Positions 49,101 through 56,968 of a DNA stretch of 64,000 bases are shown piece after piece (the first letter of the stretch is position 1; every line of letters begins with the position of its first letter). The position numbers and the translations under genes were made by a program. The DNA comes from Asterias rubens (lineage: Eukaryota): the NCBI RefSeq assembly GCF_902459465.1, contig NC_047067.1, forward strand, positions 5,456,001 through 5,520,000, given 5' to 3'. Under the pieces are notes generated by a model, which saw only the letters and a list, made by a program, of their open reading frames with translations, had not been told where the DNA came from and did no database searches.

Positions 49101-51568
49101 AGGTCAGGTTTGTTCTCAACATTTAAAACAAACCCTCTGCTCGTCTTCTTCTCCTAAAGATGAGCAGAGTACTGTTTGAAATGTTAAGATCAAACCAGCT
49201 CTTTTCAGAGCCAACACTTCCTCAAAGTTGATTCAATACATGGTTGTACCCGCAAGTTTACTGTTATTTCTAGTTTATTCTTAATATGCACATCATGCAA
49301 AGCAACTTATTTTCTTGTGGCACAGTGATTTTAGTCATTCGCCCCCTATGGCATTGACTTCATAAGAACATGCTGCATTCCACACAGCGAGTTTTAAACT
49401 AACCATCAGACTCATGCATTTCTACTCGTTTTGATTTTTCAGATTTGTGGAAATGCTATCTTAGAGGGGAAGGAAGAATGTGATGATGGAAACTTTATAC
49501 ACACAGACAGTTGCATCAGTAAGTGACTTTTCCCTTCTGCTGCTTTTTATTCAACAGTATCTTCTGGTATACAGTTTTTCTTTGTCGTTTCCTTCCTTCA
49601 TTATACAGGTCAAGTCACTTCACCATGAGCATCCTCAGTTGGATATCTGCACATTATAGTGTGTCCTCATTATTATTTTTGTTTATGGTTCATATTTTAT
49701 TGTGAACTTTGTAAATGCTTTATTGTACCTGTACATTGTCATTGCGACAGACGTCTTCGAACTACTACATTGTAGTTAACATCTATTATACATTGTAGTT
49801 GCATTGCTTTTTACTGTATTAAGCCCGGTTCATACTTCCTGCGAATGCGAATGCGAAGCGAATGTTGACGTCACAACAATCGCAAGGAATATTCGCAGCA
49901 GTTCAGCTCCGTTCACCTCACTTGCGAATATCGCTGCGAAAGGATAGTTGTGACGTCAAATTCACGTCAAATTCGCTTCGCATTCGCATTCGCAGGAAGT
50001 ATGAACCGGGCTTTAGGGTGTTCTTTCACCTTTTTTGTCAATAAGGCTTTGATTTCTATTTTGCTTCTTTTTACTGGTGTACTTTTTCTTAAACTTTTGC
50101 TGTGTTTTTTTCTTATGACATTTTTACTGTTATGCGCCCTCGAACAGGCTGGTCCTGGAGAGAGCGCAGTATAAAGTCAATAAATGAGTATTATCATGGT
50201 AATTATATTCTTTTTAGACTGTATGAGATCATTCTGTGGAGACACCTACAGACAACAAGGAGTAGAAGAGTGCGATACGCTTGACTTCAACGGAAAAACA
50301 TGCGATTCCTATTTTACAGAGTGAGTATCAATACCTCAAAACAAAAACCCATCCCATGCTAAAATCTGTTGGAATACTTACATACATTTAAGTTGATAGT
50401 TACTGCCTCCAAACTATTCACTTAAATTATAAAGAACAGAAATAATAGTTTATGTGGTTTTGTTTTATCTTATGGCATGATACACATTATTTTTGTTGTT
50501 GTATTAAACTTGTGCCAGAGGCTTTGATTGTGATCATGCCATCTTCCTTGTGTGATTGAATGATGTATACATTTTGTCTGCCAAGGTCCTTTGTCGAACC
50601 ACAGCTTTGGCACTTGCTTAGACTCTGGCTTAAGCTCTGATCTTGGCTTAGGTTCTGTCAATTATTTTGTTAAATGTATGCTTTATGTCCAGGGCTTCAA
50701 ACAGACAGACAGAGCCTAAACCAAACCCCAAGCTGAAGCTGTGATTTTAAGAAAAGAGCAAAATTTTGTTTCCCTTCCTCGCTCAGATGAATTTACAGGT
50801 TTTGTGTATAGAGCTAGGCCTTTTTATTTTCTATTTTGTGAGTGTTTGTTCATATTTAACACATTTGTTTTGCAATAGCCTACAGTATTTCTTTCTGTAT
50901 CGACTACATTTTTCTTTCTTGTCTCTACTGTCTAACTTTAACTTCTCTTTTTTTTCATCTCAAAGCGCATAGAGATTTTTCTATGATTGTGATATGCGCT
51001 ATACAAGAATGGTTCATTATTATTATTATATTGTACCTCCCTTGGTTCTGTTTGTGGATGTTCATTGTTCGTTATTACAAATTGACGTTTATATAAACCT
51101 GCAGGGTTGCTGAACAACTATTTATAATTTTAAGTTTTGAAGTTTGTTAATTTATATTTGTTTACTTTAATTTGTATTTTTCAGACTATTTTGAAGTATG
51201 AAACTATTCTATCAGGGCTGATAGGCTTAATTATTTGTATTGCTGACTTTTGGATGCTTTTTATCATTAAATAATATTATTAATATTTTAACGTTCTACT
51301 TGTAATGATGAAAATGATGCTCGGCAGGGATAAGCTGGAATTAGTGAAAACAAACCTTTCTTTCATACATTTTGACATTTGTGATCAAGAATAAGAAAAG
51401 AATAAGATAGTTAACCTTTAACTCTCAAGATTATCTCTTGACAGATACGAGACAATGGGCGTCTTGAGGTGTACAGACCGCTGCAGGATTGATACTGGTA
51501 ACTGTAAAGTAGTCCGACGGAGAAGGCGACAGCTATCACCCTATCAAATCCCTCCGCCAGAAAAGTAA
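37011..51568 (+). CDS. COLQ: ColQ-like secreted collagen (AChE collagenic tail family), 14 coding exons, 587 aa
   Basis: Hand-spliced with GT-AG introns and consistent phases: 37011-37101, 38251-38336, 39083-39176, 39498-39838, 40633-40761, 43118-43189, 45340-45411, 46161-46241, 46978-47074, 47916-48052, 48532-48792, 49443-49518, 50218-50320, 51445-51568 (1764 nt). Domain order: signal peptide, vWC, PRAD-like, Thr/Pro stalk, PCMKG, about 56 Gly-X-Y triplets with one interruption, [23 protein letters not shown], 9 more triplets, [33 protein letters not shown]...[15 protein letters not shown]. This matches the human ColQ C-terminus as I recall it (CGDG..ECDDGN..DDCIRCHRAYCGDG..GVEDCDGSDF..TCETY..GDLQCTQYCYIDSTPC). 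Confidence 0.88.
38251..38336 (+). CDS. COLQ: ColQ-like exon 2 (vWC N-half)
   Basis: [29 protein letters not shown]; CCGTCAG| and |GTAAGA. Confidence 0.88.
38811..38931. repeat. Inverted repeat of two SINE-like B-box segments
   Basis: 48-bp arms (38811-38858 and 38884-38931) with one mismatch. Confidence 0.9.
39083..39176 (+). CDS. COLQ: ColQ-like exon 3 (vWC C-half)
   Basis: [31 protein letters not shown]; |GTAAGT. Confidence 0.9.
39498..39838 (+). CDS. COLQ: ColQ-like exon 4 (PRAD-like motif and Thr/Pro stalk)
   Basis: Open frame SRTNRHK...[13 protein letters not shown]...T9...[19 protein letters not shown]; TTCCAG| and |GTTAGT. Confidence 0.85.
40633..40761 (+). CDS. COLQ: ColQ-like exon 5 (start of collagen domain)
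   Basis: [43 protein letters not shown]; |GTACAT. Confidence 0.9.
43118..43189 (+). CDS. COLQ: ColQ-like exon 6 (8 Gly-X-Y)
   Basis: 72 bp, [24 protein letters not shown], phase 0/0. Confidence 0.92.
43350..43601 (-). mobile_element. Family A subfamily (TTAAAGGGAAGGTACACGTTTGG terminus)
   Basis: TTAA ends; same subfamily as 57008-57425. Confidence 0.8.
44440..44796. mobile_element. MITE family B
   Basis: TTAAAGGG...CCTTTAA with a loopless central palindrome. Confidence 0.87.
44838..45209. mobile_element. TTAA-flanked MITE (TTAAAGGAACACGTTG TIR)
   Basis: Right end CAACGTGTTTCTTTAA; internal inverted repeats. Confidence 0.8.
45340..45411 (+). CDS. COLQ: ColQ-like exon 7 (8 Gly-X-Y)
   Basis: 72 bp, [24 protein letters not shown]; |GTGAGT. 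Confidence 0.92.
46161..46241 (+). CDS. COLQ: ColQ-like exon 8 (9 Gly-X-Y, basic cluster)
   Basis: 81 bp, [27 protein letters not shown]. Confidence 0.92.
46978..47074 (+). CDS. COLQ: ColQ-like exon 9 (collagen)
   Basis: [32 protein letters not shown]; |GTAAGC; phase 1. Confidence 0.92.
47480..47849 (-). mobile_element. Family A-related degenerate copy
   Basis: Ends GAGTAATTACCAATAGTGTCTGGTGCCTTTTTAA. Confidence 0.7.
47916..48052 (+). CDS. COLQ: ColQ-like exon 10 (collagen end)
   Basis: (N)[45 protein letters not shown]; |GTAAGT. Confidence 0.9.
48080..48355. repeat. Low-complexity TTTTGCAT/TTTGTAT repeat tract
   Basis: Short T-rich motif repeated many times in a ColQ-like intron. Confidence 0.75.
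48532..48792 (+). CDS. COLQ: ColQ-like exon 11 (trimerisation-type segment plus extra 9 Gly-X-Y)
   Basis: [40 protein letters not shown]...[27 protein letters not shown]...NS. Donor |GTAAGG; an alternative phase-0 donor lies 6 nt downstream. Confidence 0.87.
48879..49053 (+). mobile_element. Family H, about 175-bp element with CAGGCCTG-like ends
   Basis: Core AAGGGCAAGGGCACCAAGGCATTTTCTCCTTGGTAAAGGG; also at 14228-14397(-), 21082-21227, 52735-52913, 63643-63815(-) and partials near 31655-31760 and 45210-45280. Confidence 0.8.
49443..49518 (+). CDS. COLQ: ColQ-like exon 12 (Cys-rich repeat 1)
   Basis: [25 protein letters not shown]; |GTAAGT. Confidence 0.92.
49822..50012. mobile_element. PIF/Harbinger-type MITE
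   Basis: 42-bp perfect TIR AGCCCGGTTCATACTTCCTGCGAATGCGAATGCGAAGCGAAT; TTA target duplication on both sides. Confidence 0.88.
50218..50320 (+). CDS. COLQ: ColQ-like exon 13 (Cys-rich repeat 2)
   Basis: [34 protein letters not shown]; |GTGAGT. Confidence 0.92.
51445..51568 (+). CDS. COLQ: ColQ-like terminal exon 14
   Basis: [41 protein letters not shown]; candidate AATAAA at 52381. Confidence 0.9.
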
Positions 51569-52734
51569 ACCCCTCACAGCGATCATGGGGACAGCGACCA
51601 TCAGAGGGTTGCAGGAATGGCTTAAGTTTTGATGACAAGTCGTTAGTCTGCCAGTGCTGCCTATCACAAGCGCCATGCAGTCCAAAACACACATCCTGCC
51701 GTTCATGCAACAGTCACAGTGTGATTATACAGTCATTCATGCAATGGTTGTAGGTAGCGCAGGCCAAGTGATTTACACACATTATTATTGGGATCGAGGA
51801 TGGGTGTACCGTCCCCACAGTAGGAATGGTACATAGAAGCGACGGGCAGCGAGTAAGACCGCACAACAGTTACCGCCTTGGTTTCAAGACTAGAATGTTC
51901 GCCAAGTTTTGTCAACTCTACTTCTGAAATTGGGAGATAGAACATCCCGACTTGATTGGGATTGGGAGTGTGGAGAGCTGAACCTATGACGACTGTGAAT
52001 GAGGTTTTAATGACGATTCTACTCAAATTTTGAGATCTGGATTGAAATCGTGTGTCAGCCTTTGAGCTCAGTCGGGGGAGTTGAGAGAACCTGAAGTCTT
52101 CTGGCGAGAGGAGATAAATATACCCTGATTGGGACTCCACTGTCCCGAAGGAGGGATATACGCATCTTTAGCCATTCACCTGAGCTGAAGAGGATACTTA
52201 AGTGCACCGATTAGGAGATATTTTAAAGATGAGGATTAGGCTATGATGGCTCTATTACACTCAAAGGGTCATTGTCTTTCCGACAAACGACCCATTTAGC
52301 TTGATCGCCTCACATTTAAAGAGTAACACGATCTCTCTTAATATTTTAATCAAAGATTTCTGGATGTATCTTTTTTCCTGAATAAATTCATTATCTTCAC
52401 ATATGTACCTCATTTAATATTCAACCTTAAAGAGAAATCTATAGCTGCTATAAAAAATATATGGATAATTTCACTCCAATTTCATTCTAGCTAGAATTTT
52501 GGCTTGGGCGCGTGGGTACTCCATGTTACTAGGCATTCTTCGCTTTACACAACTTTCACAGAAATTTGGCGGTTACCTGCAAGCGGAGAACAGTGATTGT
52601 AAGCGCAGAATTTGGGGATAAGCAGATCCATAAAATTGGGCCCTGATCACCTGAAGAATTTGAATTGTTCACTCACTCAATTACTGGCAACATCAGAAAT
52701 TAAGGCCTGCTTTAAACCACTGCATATAAGGTTT

Positions 52735-52913
52735 CAGGCACACTGTACGCTTCGTTTTGGAAAGGGCAAGGGCACTAAGGCATTTTCTTCTTGGTAAAGG
52801 GCACCCTATGAGGAAATTGTAAAGTTCTACTGGAGCATTTCAAGGGCACCAAGGCAGTGACCAGGGGGCATGGAGGCAATTGTCTTTGTTGCCTCAGCGA
52901 AGTATCAGGCCTG
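52735..52913 (+). mobile_element. Family H copy
   Basis: Same core; ends AAGTATCAGGCCTG. Confidence 0.8.
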
Positions 52914-55900
52914 AGCCTACATAAGTAAAATACTTCTATTTGGACAATGAATGTTTTATTTATGTTATTTAATTGTTTACTCCTATTTAACAGTATTAAT
53001 TTGTTGTGTGGGACTCGTTAGAGATCTTGTGACAATCCACAATATTCAACTATGTATAGTTAGAATATCTTATAAAAAGTGATATATGTATTTGTGTTAC
53101 AGATGGTGCTTTTTTAAATTAATAACTGAACAAAGGAAAACTGTAAATACAATATTTGGATTGTATTTGTATATTAAAAGTTATTACAAGGAATTTTTGA
53201 ATCGGGTACAGGTAAAGTCTTATTCACAGTCAAAATGTCTAAAACAAAGGAGTATTCCTCAATTCAACATATATTAAAGGAAAAATAGAAATAGATGACA
53301 ACTGGGTATTATTTCATTTCATACCACAACATTTGGCTTTTTCATTTAGCTATTAAAAAAAAATTAAAAATTGTTATCTGTGTATATACCTCAGTTATAA
53401 CATTATATACTTGATCTTTCAAACATTGAATACTGGTATTTGCAAGTGTTTTTCTTTTAACTGTATCAAGCGCTCGATTGTTTACAAGTCTTTGAATTTT
53501 AGTCTAATGTGCAAAAACCAAGAGCGATTTCTAGTGCACCATGGTTTAATAAAGGTTGACCATTTTTACTCGAACCCAGGCTGGTCGACCATTGGTTGAC
53601 TACTGTGGTCGACCATTTGGAACCATGTTCCATGCTAACATGTGTAAAGTGCAGAAGGGAACCAGAAAAGTTGGACGGCGACTGAAGTGTTGGTTGATTA
53701 GACTTCCAAACAGGTTGCTCGAGTGAGGGCATCACTGCGCATGTGTGTAGCCGGTCAATCACATGTTTCTAAATGGTTGACTAAATGTTCGCAGTCGAAC
53801 TTGCTCCAAGTGGTTTGTCAACCAACCATGCAAGAAATTTATTAAAACTCCTGCCTGTGTGTCGCATAGTGTATTTACGTAAAACGATGGCATGGTTTGA
53901 AAAAGACAACATTATAATTGCTCGTTAAGATGACCGGTGTTACACTTGAAGCTTTGTACACTGTAAAAACGATGAGAATTTTTTTTTCCAGACAGTAGCT
54001 CAAGTAATGTTAACGTTAAAAAAACATTCCGATATAGTTATCAAAATATGAATATGAATTCTACATTGAATTGTGTTTGAAGTACTGACTATTCTAAATT
54101 AACAGTTTTTCCCACTACTTAGATCATGCTTACTTTAGAATTTGTTTTTTCAACATCAACTTCTAGATATTTGGCCATTTAATTTCTGACTTTCTCTGCA
54201 ATCAATAGAATTATTTGTACATTTACAGTTTAATGGTAATTTTCTTGATCACAATGCTATGACATTTTACGTACCTATATTTGTACATTTATATACAAAG
54301 TAAGCTTGTACAGTGTGAATGTGATAAATATATTAACAATAATAACAATATTGAACAGTGAATATTATAAAAATGTTACCACTCTGAAGGCAAACAGAAA
54401 AGTTTCAGCCGATACTTGAATTTTTTGGAAAGACTCTTTTAAGTTCACAGTCCCATTGGACTTTTTCTTTCAGTGACTGGTTTTGGTGTAGTTCCACCTG
54501 GACTTATATTCTGCGAAGTTTGCATAGCATTTTACAGCATGGTCCCAGTAGGTTACTACGGCTGTGCGGAAGTGTTCTGCGACCTCTTTTGGTCCGTTAG
54601 TTTTACATCACGGTCGCGGTAAGTTGACAGGGAGGGTATTTTTACCATGCGTCCCCATTTGATTTAATGTGGTCATTCTACAGAAAATGTTGGGAATAAA
54701 AGTTGTAGTACTTTGATTGGTGAACAACCATACAAAAATCTGAATGAATGTGTATTGTACAATAGTTTGCTCATTCGAGGTTGCTACACAAAAGCTTGTT
54801 CTTGACTATTTGACACAGGAAGTCTCATTTAAAAGATAACTTGTGGCATAGGAAGTAATTGCACCAGACATTATTCAAAACTTACTCACAAATAGCTTAA
54901 AATAAAATGTGCTTGTTAAAAAAAACCAATAACAATTTGGCAATAACATTGATGTAATTGTACTTATGACAAATTGATGTTGTGAAAACCACTTTTTAAA
55001 GTATTTGATATATTCACATTGTATATATATATACATGTAATATTACCAATGTGAAATCAGTAATCAGCAGACTGTCATATTTCAAGTTTTGTAATGCAAC
55101 TTTCCCTTTTGCGTAAAGGACGAAACCTTGACAAAAAACAAACCACTGCTTTTGCAACAGAGAAGTAGCAGTGGCTTTAAACTGATTCACTCATTTGAAT
55201 CACAGAAGTCGGTCATCGTAATCACAATGTTCAGTGAAAATTTTCACATTTTAGTTAAAAGATTTGAAACAAGGGTCATGCATGTAAAAGAAAGTTCAAC
55301 AAAATTTAACATAATCTTTCACACAGTGTGTGAAAATTTTCATTATTAATTTCACACAACAAAACTGTGTGAAAGTTTTTTTCACAGCTTCACAGAGTAG
55401 TGTATCGGACGCTTTGTTCAAAGTAATCAAAATGGGATGAAATCATTTGAAACTTTAAGGCCAGTGTTTTTTGTGATTTGGGGAAGCTGTGATACTGGTA
55501 AAAGGTAATTTGGTAAAAAAAAAAAAAAAAGATTAGGAAAGGAAAGAATTATCGGATAGATAGATGAAAAAACCCACGATAAATATATGTTACAATAATT
55601 GTGCTAAATATTAACAACAAAAGTTTTCAGTCAAATGAACAGATCTCGACAACTTGCTGCTTGTGTTGTTGTTTTTTAAGGATTTGTAAAGAAATAATAT
55701 TTATTTACTGTTGTCAATAAAGTCATTTGAATGTATAGTATTTAATACTAAATGTTTTATAATCTGATATCATTGATATTAATATCATTTGATATTTATG
55801 AAAAAATAAATATCTTACTGGAAAACAAATTGAAGAAGTTTCGGAAGAATTCTTTTGAGGTTTCTCTGTTTTCACTGTGCCTTTTTCAATTAGCCCTTCC

Positions 55901-55999
55901 CATGAAATATGCTAGTTTCATTAACGCATGCATTCATGTAGCATACTTACAGGCACTATTGGTGTGCAAAATGCCATAGAGTTGTGCACAAGGGAGATG

Positions 56000-56304
56000 C
56001 ACAAACATGCGTCATGCTTCTCCCCAATGAAACCAAGTCTCGACAATCCTGGGGTGACAGGTCTTTTTCTTCTGCTGTGCCACGCATCTGGAAATCTCTA
56101 CCACCTAATCTTCGATCTTGTCTTTGTACCACAAATTTCAAATCTCTTCTCAAAACTTATCTTATGCCACAGGTTTTCAAGGACTAATTTTGTTGTGTCT
56201 ATTTCCTTTGGTTTTGTTTTTGTTTTTTACCATGCCTTGAACACCCAGCAGGGTGAAAATGTGCGGTTTACAAGTCTTTATTATTATTATTATTATTATT
56301 ATTA
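56000..56304 (+). mobile_element. L2-type LINE 3' remnant with (TAT)n tail
   Basis: WGDRSFSSAVPRIWKSLPPNLR..FKSLLKTYL followed by a TTA/TAT microsatellite tail. Confidence 0.85.
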
Positions 56305-56815
56305 TGCCTTTACTGACTGCACCTCTGGCGCATCATTCGCAAATGTACACCAACCTTAATTTCAACCGAAAACTGAGCAACAATTCATGCATGAATCCTT
56401 TTTCCAGTAGCTTCTCACCAACTAAGTTTTTATGGCCATACATTTTTGGAGTGTTTACCAATCTATGACGCTACCAATCTATGAGCATAACAACAGTAAA
56501 ATTGAAAATAAAATTATTCAGAAACATACACATAGCTAATTTGCCAGAATTGCTATTGTTTTTTGAGAAATGAGTAAAACAATTAGTTTAGAAGTCGTGA
56601 CTCTGAAAATAGAGTTTTATACCATTTTGTGAGACCTTTGTTGATGACCTATTGAGCTGATGTTTGTTATGCAATCTACATGTTGATGGTTCACAGAAGG
56701 GGCCGATACTGTGGATTTTGACAGTTACCATTGTTGGTCATGTGCTTTAGAAAAAAACCTAAACTTGATCATGAAGTAAGACATCTGTTCATCAAACCTA
56801 TTCTTCACGATACTT

Positions 56816-56968
56816 TTAGGATACTGCATCCAAAAGTAATTTCTTGACGACCAACGCTGCCTGATCGGTAGATGTTTGACCTTCATCACATCGTATGTCA
56901 AAGGTCAGAAGGTCATTCACCAGGTCAAGGGCGACTTCTATTAAGAACAGTTGCTTTGTGTGATCCTC
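56816..56968 (-). CDS. AP4B1: AP4B1 terminal exon
   Basis: EDHTKQLFLIEVALDLVNDLLTFDIRCDEGQTSTDQAALVVKKLLLDAVS*. Confidence 0.88.
   Translation of the reverse strand, partial: EDHTKQLFLIEVALDLVNDLLTFDIRCDEGQTSTDQAALVVKKLLLDAVS

Noticed and set aside
49791-49807. 17-nt match CATTGTAGTTGCATTGC to mature miR-33
   Set aside because: The seed-side bases differ (TAC vs TGC), no complementary 3p arm follows, the motif is a local duplication of TACATTGTAGTT, and the host is not SREBP.
51733-52140. 135-aa minus-strand ORF downstream of the ColQ-like stop
   Set aside because: No homology features or splice support; it lies in the probable 3' UTR.
54420-54680. Candidate AP4B1 last exon, or an in-frame TGA-Cys (selenocysteine) reading on the minus strand
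   Set aside because: Phase 0 stops after 11 codons, the real terminal exon is 56816-56968, and there is no selenoprotein family resemblance or SECIS evidence.
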